Assembly: GCA_029259725.1 (NCBI GenBank)
Contig: JAJDER010000045.1
Location: 15,799-79,798, forward strand
Direction of reading: 5' to 3'
DNA: 64,000 nucleotides
Origin: Planctomycetota bacterium
Lineage (GTDB): Bacteria > Planctomycetota > B15-G4
The notes beneath the pieces were generated by a model. It searched no databases and was not told the origin of the DNA. It saw nothing but the letters and a program-made list of their open reading frames with translations. The translations under genes were made by a program, and so were the position numbers. Of this stretch, positions 1 to 8,553 are shown one piece after another. Each line of letters starts with the position of its first letter. Within the stretch, counting starts at the first letter, position 1.

Positions 1-960
1 AAGTGGCATCTGGGCGAGGCGCCCGGCATGCGTCCGACCGAACGCGGCTTCGATGAGTTCTTCGGCATGTTGCGCGCGAGCAGCGGCTACTGGTCGCACA
101 GCTATCGAGGCACTCCGGATCTGTGGCGCGGGACCGAGGCCGTGCGCGCCGAGGGCACCTACTCCACCGACCTGTTCGCGGCGGAGGCGATCGCTTTCCT
201 GGAGCGTCACGCCGGGCAGCGGTGGTTCTTGACGCTGAGCTACAACGCGCCGCACCTCGCGGACGATCGCCGCAGTCTGCCCGCTCCCGACGCCGATCGA
301 GAGCGCTTCGCGGACCTGGAGGCAGCGCCGCAGCGCCGGGACTACCTGGCCGCCGTGTCCGCCATGGACGCGGCCACGGGTCGGGTGCTCGACGCCCTCG
401 ACCGACTGAAGCTCGCCGAGAACACGCTGGTCGTGTTCCTCTCGGACAACGGGCCCCTGCCGCCCTACGGCTCGGCCGGCGGGCTGCGGCGGGGCAAGGA
501 CACCCTGGACGAGGGCGGCATCCGGGTGCCCTGTCTGCTGCGCTGGCCGGGAGTGACCCCGGCGGGGAGCGTGAGCACCGAACCCATCCTGGCCACCGAC
601 CTGACCGCGACCCTGCTCGTGGCCGCGGGGATCGACACCCGAGCGGATGTCGTCCTCGACGGGCGCAACGTGCGGCCCGTGCTCGCCGGCGAGGCCCGGA
701 CGCCGCGGGCCGCGCTGGTCTGGGACCACCCCAGCCGCATCGCGGGGCGCGACGGTCACTACGAACACGACCGGGTCATCCGTCGCGGCTCCTGGCGGCT
801 CACCCGGCATCGCGACGGATCCGTGGAACTCGCCGATCTCGCTGCGGATCCGGGACAGACCCGCGACGTGTCCGCGGCCCACCCCGATCAGGTGGTCGAG
901 TTGCTGGGCGCCCTCGATGACGTGCTGGCGTCGGTGCCCGCTCCCGGCGACGATCCGTAG
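1..960 (+). CDS. Sulfatase (alkaline-phosphatase superfamily), C-terminal ~320 aa. The 5' end lies outside the window.
   Basis: The reading frame is open from base 1 (KWHLGEAPGMRPTERGFDEFFGM...) and stops at TAG 958-960. It carries the sulfatase-family 'WHLG' and 'FLSDNGP' motifs. The N-terminal CxPSR formylglycine motif would lie upstream of the window. Confidence 0.8.
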   Translation, partial: KWHLGEAPGMRPTERGFDEFFGMLRASSGYWSHSYRGTPDLWRGTEAVRAEGTYSTDLFAAEAIAFLERHAGQRWFLTLSYNAPHLADDRRSLPAPDADRERFADLEAAPQRRDYLAAVSAMDAATGRVLDALDRLKLAENTLVVFLSDNGPLPPYGSAGGLRRGKDTLDEGGIRVPCLLRWPGVTPAGSVSTEPILATDLTATLLVAAGIDTRADVVLDGRNVRPVLAGEARTPRAALVWDHPSRIAGRDGHYEHDRVIRRGSWRLTRHRDGSVELADLAADPGQTRDVSAAHPDQVVELLGALDDVLASVPAPGDDP

Positions 961-1015
961 GCGACCGAGGTCCCCCCGTGGCCCCGGCACCGAGGTCCTG
1001 GCGAGGAAGCCCGCG

Positions 1016-2107
1016 ATGAGGTCTCTCGACACCGTCCCATCAGGAGTCCGTGCGAGTCGTCGGCAGTTCCTCGCGGGGCTGGGCGCCTCGGTGGGTGCGG
1101 CGACCGGACTCGCGGCGTGCTCGACGACCGGTCCGGGAGCCCGGGCCGTGGGTGCCTCGGCCGAAGCTCTCGCCGCGGCCGGCCACGGCGGCGGCGAGGA
1201 CCAACTCGTCGTCTCCACCTGGAAGTTCGGCATGGCGGCCAACGCGGCGGCGATGGCGGCCTTCGACGCCGGCGTCAGCCACCCGTTCGAAGCCTGCGAG
1301 GCCGGTGTGCGCGTGCCCGAGGCTGACCCAGAGATCAGCAGCGTGGGCTACGGCGGGTTGCCGAACGCGCACGGGGTCGTGCAGCTCGACAGCTGCCTGA
1401 TGCGCGGCGACACCCTGGGCTGCGGCGGCGTGGCGGCGCTCGAAGGCATTCTGCACCCGGTGTCCGTGGCACGGCGGGTCATGGAGCGCACACGGCACGT
1501 GCTTCTGGTGGGCGAGGGCGCGCGGCAGTTCGCGTTGTCGCAGGGGTTCCCGAGCCAGGACCTGACCACCGAGCGCTCGCGCGAGGCCTACCAGCGCTGG
1601 CGGGCGAATCAGCCCGCCGAGATCGTCGAGCCCTGGGAAGCGGCGCGACGCGACCCCAACGAGGACCACGACACGATCGGCATGATCGCCCTCGACGCCG
1701 GGCGCCTGGCGATGGCCGTGACCACCAGCGGGATGGGCTGGAAGCTGCCGGGCCGGGTGGGCGACAGCCCGATCATCGGCGCGGGTGGATACGCCGACGA
1801 CGCGGCCGGCGCGGTGGTCTCCACCGGCGTGGGCGAGGAGGTCATCCGGAGCTGCGGCAGCTTCGCCATCGTGGAGGGCATGCGCCGCGGGGCCACGCCG
1901 CTGGAGGCCTGCGCGGAAGTGTTGACGCGGATCCGCGACACGGTCACGCGCCTGCGTCCGACGGACTGGGCCGACGACGTGCAGGTGGGCTTCATCGCCG
2001 TGACACCCGAGGGCGAGGTGGCTGCGCTGGCCCTGCGCAAGGGCTTCACGTACGCGCTGTCGCGGCACGGCGAGACCGAGCTGATCGACGTCGAGCCGCT
2101 GGCATGA
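1016..2107 (+). CDS. Isoaspartyl peptidase / L-asparaginase (glycosylasparaginase-type Ntn hydrolase) with a Tat signal peptide.
   Basis: The start was chosen at the in-frame ATG at 1016, which gives MRSLDTVPSGVRASRRQFLAGLGASVGAATGLAAC, a twin-arginine signal. The body has asparaginase-2 family motifs (VVSTWKFG..., DTIGMIALDA, GAGGYADD, the autoproteolytic Thr region). Confidence 0.8.
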   Translation: MRSLDTVPSGVRASRRQFLAGLGASVGAATGLAACSTTGPGARAVGASAEALAAAGHGGGEDQLVVSTWKFGMAANAAAMAAFDAGVSHPFEACEAGVRVPEADPEISSVGYGGLPNAHGVVQLDSCLMRGDTLGCGGVAALEGILHPVSVARRVMERTRHVLLVGEGARQFALSQGFPSQDLTTERSREAYQRWRANQPAEIVEPWEAARRDPNEDHDTIGMIALDAGRLAMAVTTSGMGWKLPGRVGDSPIIGAGGYADDAAGAVVSTGVGEEVIRSCGSFAIVEGMRRGATPLEACAEVLTRIRDTVTRLRPTDWADDVQVGFIAVTPEGEVAALALRKGFTYALSRHGETELIDVEPLA

Positions 2108-2505
2108 GCGCGAACGGGAACGGTGCGCGCGCCCGGCAGCCCGGGCCGGGTGAGCGGGCCTTGATCGCCGAGAGCGAGTGGTACCGCGTGCTCGAGACGA
2201 GCGAGCCGGTGCACCAGTGGGGCTCGGCGCTGCTGGTCGAGCACGTCGGCGGCACCCTGCTGCTCTACGTGCGCGACACGTCGGGCGCCGAGAGGCACGC
2301 CTGCGTGCACCTGGACGCCGCGGCCACCGCTCGCGCTCGGGCAGGCGTGGCGCAGATCGAGGCGCTCTCGGCGGCGGCGGCGGACCTGGTCACGCGGCAG
2401 ATGGAGGAGGGCGCGACGTCGGCCCAGATCCAGGCGCAGCAGGACGCCAGCGCCGCCTTCGTCCAGTTGGCGGAAGAACTCTACCGCGAGCTGCTGTCCG
2501 CCTGA
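2104..2505 (+). CDS. Hypothetical protein (133 aa).
   Basis: The ORF overlaps the upstream stop by ATGA (translational-coupling geometry). I recognise no domain. Confidence 0.35.
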   Translation: MSANGNGARARQPGPGERALIAESEWYRVLETSEPVHQWGSALLVEHVGGTLLLYVRDTSGAERHACVHLDAAATARARAGVAQIEALSAAAADLVTRQMEEGATSAQIQAQQDASAAFVQLAEELYRELLSA

Positions 2506-2512
2506 TCGCCGG

Positions 2513-4174
2513 TCAGGCGGCGGCCTCGACGGCTTCCCTGCGCATCGGGTCACCGGCGCGCGCGGCGTCCGTCGGGTCCAGCGGCGGCCGCACGATCAGC
2601 GGCAGCCGGTTGCTGCGCGTGAGCCAGCCCTTGAGCTTGAGCCCCATGAAGTACGCGATCAGGCGCGGGTAGCGCGCCCAGCCGATGTCGTACCCCTCGC
2701 GCGCCTTCGGGAACTTCTTCACCGACCAGGTGTGCTTGAAGGCGTAGAAGGCGCGTAGGAGCGTCGGCATGCGCAGGACCCAGGCGACCTTCCACATCCC
2801 CGTGTCCCACAGCCAGTGCCCGATGCGGGGCCCGAACACATTGCGCACGTCCATGCGCTGGGCATAGACCTTGGCGAACTCGTTGCTGTAGTTGCGCGTG
2901 GTGCTGATGCAGCCGTGCTCGTCCTCCATGCCCGACTGCTGCTTGATGAAGGTGGCCTGCTCCTGCGTGATCGTGCCGGCGTCCACCGACTGCTGCAGCA
3001 CGTCCGCCCCGGCCCAGATGTCGAGCCAGTAGATCGAGACCACGTCGGCCGGGTGTTCGCGGTAGAAGCGCTCGAGCTTCTTGCAGTCCTCCTCGGTCTC
3101 GCCCGGGAGCCCGAAGATCTGGTCCACGTAGAGGCCGATGCCCTGCTCGCCGATCAGGTCGATGGCGTTGGCGATCTGGGCGTCGCTGTTCGGGCGCCCG
3201 ATCATCTTGCGGATCTCGGGGTTGAGCGACTGCACACCCATCTGCAGCTGCTGCACACCGATCGACTTCATCGCGGCGGCGGTGCGCTCGTTGACGTTGT
3301 TGGGGATCACGAAGGCCTTGAGCGGGATGCGCTCGGCGTCGGTCATCCGCTCGGCCAGCTCGAGCAGCCAGGGCTCGTCGGCGCAGATGTCGTCGTCGTT
3401 CACGCGCATCAACGGTGGGTTGTACCTGGCCTTCACGAAGCGCAACTCCGCGAGCACGTCGTCCACCGACCGGCTGCGCAGGAACTTGCGCGTGAACATG
3501 TAGTCCTTCTGGTCACCGAAGTAGATCTTGCGGTAGTAGTTGTTGCCGCAGAACGTGCAGCCCCACGGACAACCGCGGCGCCACTCGCTCATGTGCGCGA
3601 TCTGGAACGGCCGGCCCAGGTTCCAGAAGAGCTCCTTGTCCGACATGCCGTGCTTGTCGAGGTCCGCCTCGTACGGGCGGAGCGGGTTCTCGATGTAGGC
3701 GTCGTCCTCGTCCAGGTAGGCCAGGTTCTGGATCGAGCGATCGACGGCGCCGAGCTGCAACCCGGCCATCAGCTCGACCAGGGCTTCCTCGCCCTCGCCG
3801 CGGATGATCCAGTCGTAGAGCCCGCTGCGCAGCACCGACTCCCCGCTGGCCGTGGCGTGGTAGCCGCCGGCGAGGATCGGGATCTCGGGGAACTCCTCAC
3901 GGATGCGCCGGGCGTACTTGCAGCACCAGTCGTAGTTGGCCGTGAGCATCTGGAAGCCGATGACGTCCGGCTTGTACTCCCGGATCCGCTCCATGACCTG
4001 CTCCTCGAAGGAGAAGATCCGCTTCAGGAGGCGGTTGTTGTACTCGTGCCGGAAGAAGTCGAAGAGCTTGGGGTCGAAGACCAGCGCGGCCTCGTGCCCG
4101 GCCTTGCGGAGCGAGCTGCTCAGGTACTGCAGGCCGACACTCTCGACCTCGTTGTAGACAAACAGGACGCGCAC
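2513..4174 (-). CDS. B12-binding-domain radical SAM protein (class B radical SAM family).
   Basis: The start is a GTG at 4174 (VRVLFVYNEVESVGLQYLSS...), the first plausible start in frame. The N-terminus is a Rossmann-like B12-binding domain (DVIGFQMLTANY..., ILAGGYHAT). The radical SAM cluster motif is CPWGCTFC. The long upstream extension in the ORF track has no ATG and is Pro/Arg-rich, so it is probably read-through. Confidence 0.8.
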   Translation of the reverse strand: MRVLFVYNEVESVGLQYLSSSLRKAGHEAALVFDPKLFDFFRHEYNNRLLKRIFSFEEQVMERIREYKPDVIGFQMLTANYDWCCKYARRIREEFPEIPILAGGYHATASGESVLRSGLYDWIIRGEGEEALVELMAGLQLGAVDRSIQNLAYLDEDDAYIENPLRPYEADLDKHGMSDKELFWNLGRPFQIAHMSEWRRGCPWGCTFCGNNYYRKIYFGDQKDYMFTRKFLRSRSVDDVLAELRFVKARYNPPLMRVNDDDICADEPWLLELAERMTDAERIPLKAFVIPNNVNERTAAAMKSIGVQQLQMGVQSLNPEIRKMIGRPNSDAQIANAIDLIGEQGIGLYVDQIFGLPGETEEDCKKLERFYREHPADVVSIYWLDIWAGADVLQQSVDAGTITQEQATFIKQQSGMEDEHGCISTTRNYSNEFAKVYAQRMDVRNVFGPRIGHWLWDTGMWKVAWVLRMPTLLRAFYAFKHTWSVKKFPKAREGYDIGWARYPRLIAYFMGLKLKGWLTRSNRLPLIVRPPLDPTDAARAGDPMRREAVEAAA

Positions 4175-4308
4175 ACGGGACTCCCGGAATCGGGTTCGTC
4201 CGGCCGGGGAGGGGAGGTCGGCTGGGGACGGGGAGGAACGGGAGAGGATACCACGCGGACCCGGCGCGCGACGGCACCCGCGGGCCGCGCCGAGCTCCCG
4301 CAGCGGCC

Positions 4309-4379
4309 CTGGATCGGGCCTCGGATCAGGCCTCGGATCGGGCCAACGAGCGCGCCGAGCCGTGGCCCCGGATCGGGCC
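4309..4379. repeat. 12-bp direct repeats (YYGGATCRGGCC) in three perfect tandem copies plus a fourth copy 23 bp downstream, in the divergent radical SAM / LysW-like promoter region.
   Basis: Seen in the sequence: ctggatcgggcc (4309-4320), tcggatcaggcc (4321-4332), tcggatcgggcc (4333-4344), ccggatcgggcc (4368-4379). They are followed by a perfect TTGACA at 4393-4398, about 70 nt upstream of the 4467 ATG. Confidence 0.5.
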
Positions 4380-4466
4380 GCGGGCCAGGAGATTGACAAT
4401 TTCCGCGGGCGGTGTTGTCGTTCGAAAGACAGACGACCCGAGGCGCGGCCTGGCGGAGTGAGCGCG

Positions 4467-4697
4467 ATGTGGGAGTGCACCGAGTGCGGGACCGAGAACG
4501 ACCTGGATCCCGATGCCGAAGAGGCGCAGATCCTCGATTGCCTCGAATGCGGCGCCGAGTTCGAGATCGTGGCCTTGGATCCGCTCGAGCTGACGTTGCT
4601 CTTCGAAGCGCCTGACGAGGTCGTGCATTCCCTCGAGGGGGACGACGAGGCTGTCGACGACGATGACGACGACGACCGCGAACCCTGGGTCGGCTGA
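4467..4697 (+). CDS. LysW/ArgW-like zinc-ribbon amino-group carrier protein homologue (76 aa) with an atypical acidic C-terminal tail.
   Basis: The start is the ATG at 4467, with GGAG 8 nt upstream (MWECTECGTENDLD...ILDCLECGAEFEIVALDPLELTL...DDDDDDDREPWVG). Two CxxC pairs and a LysW-like core align by eye to Thermus LysW (CPECGAEL...CEDCGAELEVVGLDPLRLE...EDWGE). The tail ends EPWVG rather than EDWGE. Confidence 0.6.
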   Translation: MWECTECGTENDLDPDAEEAQILDCLECGAEFEIVALDPLELTLLFEAPDEVVHSLEGDDEAVDDDDDDDREPWVG

Positions 4698-4710
4698 GCG
4701 GCCCGAAGGT

Positions 4711-5472
4711 TCAGGACGGCTTGCGCGCCACCATCACGAGGGAGTGGCCCGCCGGCGCGCTGAGCGCCTTGAGCAGGGTGGCCTCGCTGCTGAAGATCGA
4801 GGTCAACACTTCGTTCATCCAGGTCGGGATGGGGATCCCCACGTTGCTGCCCGCGCCGGCGTCCGCGGGCTTGCTCAAGGACTGCCAGGCCTTCATCGCG
4901 AGCACGGCGGGCAGGATGCCCGGGAACAACAGGAAGTTGATGTAGCTCGCCTTGACGATCTCGAATCCCACCGAGCGAGCCTTCGCCTGCATGTCGCCCA
5001 GGGTGTAGCGGCGCACGTGGTGCGTCACGCGGTCCTGCTGGCTGAACAGGAACTGGTAGGCGGGCCCGGAGGCGACCAGCAGGCCGCCGGGCTTGAGCAT
5101 GCGATGGATCTCGCGCATCGAGCCGACGTCGTCCTCGATGTGCTCGAGCGCGTCGAAGGCGGTGATGCAGTCCAGCGTCTCGTCGGCGAAGCAGCCGTAC
5201 GGCCCGTTGCAGGCCACCAGCCGGTCGAAGTCCCGCTCGGCGCAGTGCATCAAGCCGGTCAGGGTCACGTCGGTGCCGATGACCCGCCCGTAGGCGCCGA
5301 GCGGCCCGAGCATGCCACCGACGCCGCACCCGAGGTCCATGATGAGCCGCTCGCCGATCCGCTCGCGCCTCAGGTAGGTGTCCAGCAGCGAGATGAAGAT
5401 CGCGCGGCGTCCACGGAACCACCAATGCCCCTGCTCCAGCTCGAGGAACTCCTGGTAGACCGAGGCTTCCAT
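4711..5472 (-). CDS. Class I SAM-dependent methyltransferase.
   Basis: The start is the ATG at 5472 (MEASVYQEFLELEQGHWWFRG...). Motif I is DLGCGVG, and it has an acidic post-I region and an LKPGG motif. The upstream part of the ORF is Pro/Arg-rich and unlikely to be coding. Confidence 0.75.
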   Translation of the reverse strand: MEASVYQEFLELEQGHWWFRGRRAIFISLLDTYLRRERIGERLIMDLGCGVGGMLGPLGAYGRVIGTDVTLTGLMHCAERDFDRLVACNGPYGCFADETLDCITAFDALEHIEDDVGSMREIHRMLKPGGLLVASGPAYQFLFSQQDRVTHHVRRYTLGDMQAKARSVGFEIVKASYINFLLFPGILPAVLAMKAWQSLSKPADAGAGSNVGIPIPTWMNEVLTSIFSSEATLLKALSAPAGHSLVMVARKPS

Positions 5473-5696
5473 GGGAGGTCCGCGTCGAAGGGGCGGGGGC
5501 GGGGCCGGCCGAGGCGGTCGGGGCCCGCCGTGGGGCGAAGGGCACCGGACACGGCACTCGAGGGCAGCGTCCGGCACGCGGGGCGCGGATTCTAGAGGGA
5601 TCCGGGAGGCCCGGGAAGATAACTTTGTACGGGCCGCCCGTCGGTGCGGGCGCGGCTGGGTGGGAGTTCTCGGGAGGACCGGTGGACCGGAACACG

Positions 5697-8507
5697 ATGC
5701 TGGCGGCAGCCGCGGCCGTGCTCCTGACTGCGCTCGCGTTGGTCGGACCGGCGCTGCTCCCCGGATCGGTCTTCCTGCCCTTGCTGCCTGAGGACTTTCC
5801 GGCCTGGGGCGCCGGCGAGGCGCCCGCCGCGGTCGCCCACCACCCGGCGCCCAATCGGAACATGTCCGACGTCCTGCACCTGCTCCTGCCGGGACTCGCG
5901 ACCACGGAGGCCGCCTTCTCCCGAGGTGAGCTGCCGCTGTGGGATCCCTCCCAGGCGCTGGGACTGCCCCACATCGATCAGGTGCACTACGGGGTCTTCT
6001 ATCCCCCGGCCTGGCTGCCGCTGCTCTTCGGCGTCTACGGCCTGGGGCTGATGGCCCTGGTCCACGTGCTCGTGGCCGGGTGGGGCATGCTGCTCTACCT
6101 GCGCACCATCGACCGCTCGACGGCGGCCTGCGTCGTGGGCGCCGTGTGTTTCGCCTGCTCGGCCTGGGTCATGGCGCGACTGCACGCCTTCCCGGTGGTC
6201 GGTGCGGCGGTGTGGACGCCGTGGATCCTGTGGGGCCTGGAGCGCGGGGCCCGGAACCGATCCTGGCGGCCCCGCATGGTGGCGGCCGCGGCCGTGGCGC
6301 TGTCGGTCTTCGCCAACTTCCCGCAGGTGACGATGTGGGTGCTGCTGCTCGCGGGCCTGCTCGAGGTGGTGCGCGTGCCGGCCTGGATGCGTGCCAGGCA
6401 AGGCGGTCCGGAAAGCCTGCTCGCGGCCGGCCTGACCGTCGCGCTCGGACTGGCGCTGGCCGCGCCGCAGGTGTTGCCGACGGCCGAGTACCTGCGCGGC
6501 GAGTCGGCGCGCAGCGACCAGACCGTGGAGGCGCTGCTGGCCGATGGCCTGGAGTGGCCCCTCTTGTGGCACCTGATCTCGCCCAACCACTACTCGGCGG
6601 CGCCCTTGGACCGCCCGGATCGGCCGCACCCGGTGGCGCTCATGGACCTCGAGCAGGCCGAGCGGCCGGTGGCGATCAACCGCGCCGAGACCTCCATGGG
6701 CATCGGCGCCCTGGGGCTGGTGTTGGCCCTGGTCGCGCTCGTGTTCGGGCGCAACTGGCGCACGCTGACCTTCTCGGCCGTGACCGTCGGCGTCTTCGCG
6801 CTCTTGCTGTGGCCTGGCGCCCTGGCCCTGGCCTACGACGTCCTGCCCCCGATCCGCTTCGGGAATCCCAAGCGGCTGCTGCTGTTGTCGACCTTCGCGC
6901 TCTCGGTGCTCGCCGCCGGTGGAGTGGACCTGGTGCGGACGCCGCGGCTCCCGGTCACGGTGGTGGCCTGGATCCTGTCGGTCGTGGGCCTGGCGGTGGC
7001 CGTGATGTTGCGGCTGTCGGTGCCCTCCGCGGCGCTGGCCGAGGACGTCGACACCTGGGCCGGACAGCTCCTGCGGCAGGCGGGTCGCAATCCCCTGGCC
7101 CTGGACGAGATCTTCGCCGTCATCCCGCGCGAGGCCTTCGCCGCCGCGGCGGCCATGTCCGCGGCGTCCTCGTTGCTGGCGGTGGCGGCCCTGGCCCTGG
7201 CGGTGCTCACCTTCCGGCCCAAGCGCAAGCTGACCTCGGAGGGGGGCTGGGCCACCTGGGCGCGGCGCAAGCCGACCCTGCTGGGCGTCTTCATCGCGGC
7301 CGAACTCGTGCTCGGCAGCTGGTCGCTCGTGCGCCCGGCGCCCGCCGCCGAGGTGGCGTCTCCGATCACCGACCTGGGCGCGGTGGAGGTTCCCGCGCTG
7401 GTGGTCGAGGTGCGCGCGTTGGCCCACGGCGACCCGGTGCCGCTGCGCATCGGCCGGTTCGGAAACGAGCCACCGTGGCTGCGCCCGGACTTCCCGAGCC
7501 TGTTCGGCCTCCACGACCTGCAGTGCTACGCACCCATGGCCCCGCGGCGCGTCACCGAGTTGCTCGACGCGCTGGAGCCGGGAGTCGTCGTCAACGGCTC
7601 GACCCTGGCCGGCTTCTCCGACCCGACCACGCTCTCGCGGCCGTTGCTCGACGGGCTGGGTGTCGACGTGCTGCTCACGGACCGTCCGGGCGAGCTGCCG
7701 GGTTGGAGCGATCGATCGCAGGTCGGCCTGGTGCGGGTGCTCGAGAACGACGAGGCCCTGCCACGGGCCCACCTGGTCCATGAGATCCGCGTGTTGCCGG
7801 GAGCCGAGGCGCGCCTGTCGTACCTGGTGTCCGATGAGTTCAACCCGCGCGCCGAGGTGGTGCTGTCCGCCGCGCCGCCGACGACGGACGTCGAGTGGCG
7901 CCGCCGTCGCGCGGCCGAGGCCGTGCGGCGCAATGCCGGCGTGCCCGTGGTGACCGAGGAGGCGGTGATGCCGGAGCCCGCCGCAGGGCCCCGCACGGCC
8001 CGCGTCGTGGACTACGCGCCGGGTCACCTGCGCGTGGTCGTCCCGGCCGGAGAGCCGGGCTTCCTCGTCGTCAGCGAGACCTGGAACCGGAACTGGCGGG
8101 CGCGGGTGGGGGCCGAGGAGGCGCCCGTGGTCGAGGCCGACCACGCGATCCTGGCCGTGCCGGTGGAGTCGCCGCACGAGGTGGTCGTGACCCTGGACTA
8201 CGAGCCGGGCAGCGTCACCTGGGGGCTGCGCATCGCCGCGGGCGCCACGCTGCTGCTGGTGCTGGGACTCTTCGTCGGGCGCGGCCGGCCGCGGGGCACG
8301 GTGCCGCCGCCACCCGGTGCCCACCCCGACCTGTTGACCGGCGAGCCGGTCACCAGGGTCACCCGGCGTTCCGAGGTGCCGGGGCTGTCGGCGGACACCG
8401 GTGGAGCGCAAGCGGCCCCGCCGAGCGGGGAGACAGGCGACGGCGAGGGCGGCGGCGAGGGCGGCGGCAAGGGTGGCGGTGAGGGTGGCGGTGCGCCCCG
8501 AGGCTGA
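5697..8507 (+). CDS. YfhO-like polytopic membrane protein (putative GT-C type glycosyltransferase) with a Gly/Glu-rich C-terminal tail.
   Basis: It has more than 10 predicted TM helices and a YfhO-like N-terminal region (LLPGLATTEAAFSRGELPLWDPS..., FYPPAWLPLLFG). The start is uncertain: the ATG at 5697 gives MLAAAAAVLLTALALV, while the ORF track begins at a TTG at 5625. The C-terminus is GETGDGEGGGEGGGKGGGEGGG. Confidence 0.5.
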   Translation: MLAAAAAVLLTALALVGPALLPGSVFLPLLPEDFPAWGAGEAPAAVAHHPAPNRNMSDVLHLLLPGLATTEAAFSRGELPLWDPSQALGLPHIDQVHYGVFYPPAWLPLLFGVYGLGLMALVHVLVAGWGMLLYLRTIDRSTAACVVGAVCFACSAWVMARLHAFPVVGAAVWTPWILWGLERGARNRSWRPRMVAAAAVALSVFANFPQVTMWVLLLAGLLEVVRVPAWMRARQGGPESLLAAGLTVALGLALAAPQVLPTAEYLRGESARSDQTVEALLADGLEWPLLWHLISPNHYSAAPLDRPDRPHPVALMDLEQAERPVAINRAETSMGIGALGLVLALVALVFGRNWRTLTFSAVTVGVFALLLWPGALALAYDVLPPIRFGNPKRLLLLSTFALSVLAAGGVDLVRTPRLPVTVVAWILSVVGLAVAVMLRLSVPSAALAEDVDTWAGQLLRQAGRNPLALDEIFAVIPREAFAAAAAMSAASSLLAVAALALAVLTFRPKRKLTSEGGWATWARRKPTLLGVFIAAELVLGSWSLVRPAPAAEVASPITDLGAVEVPALVVEVRALAHGDPVPLRIGRFGNEPPWLRPDFPSLFGLHDLQCYAPMAPRRVTELLDALEPGVVVNGSTLAGFSDPTTLSRPLLDGLGVDVLLTDRPGELPGWSDRSQVGLVRVLENDEALPRAHLVHEIRVLPGAEARLSYLVSDEFNPRAEVVLSAAPPTTDVEWRRRRAAEAVRRNAGVPVVTEEAVMPEPAAGPRTARVVDYAPGHLRVVVPAGEPGFLVVSETWNRNWRARVGAEEAPVVEADHAILAVPVESPHEVVVTLDYEPGSVTWGLRIAAGATLLLVLGLFVGRGRPRGTVPPPPGAHPDLLTGEPVTRVTRRSEVPGLSADTGGAQAAPPSGETGDGEGGGEGGGKGGGEGGGAPRG

Positions 8508-8553
8508 GTCGGCCGCTCGCTTCGCCGAGGTCTGCTCCGGATACGATGTCCGC

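Noticed and set aside
4362-4466. A longer N-terminal extension of the LysW-like ORF, MAPDRAAGQEIDNFRGRCCRSKDRRPEARPGGVSA.
   Set aside because: The extension is basic low-complexity, overlaps the repeat/promoter region, and has no ribosome-binding site. The internal ATG at 4467 has GGAG upstream and yields a protein starting exactly at the conserved zinc-ribbon.
2513-5974. The radical SAM ORF as a single 1153-aa protein.
   Set aside because: The upstream 600 codons have no ATG, are Pro/Arg/Ser-rich, and overlap the independently supported LysW-like and methyltransferase genes. It was truncated to the GTG at 4174, where the B12-binding domain begins.
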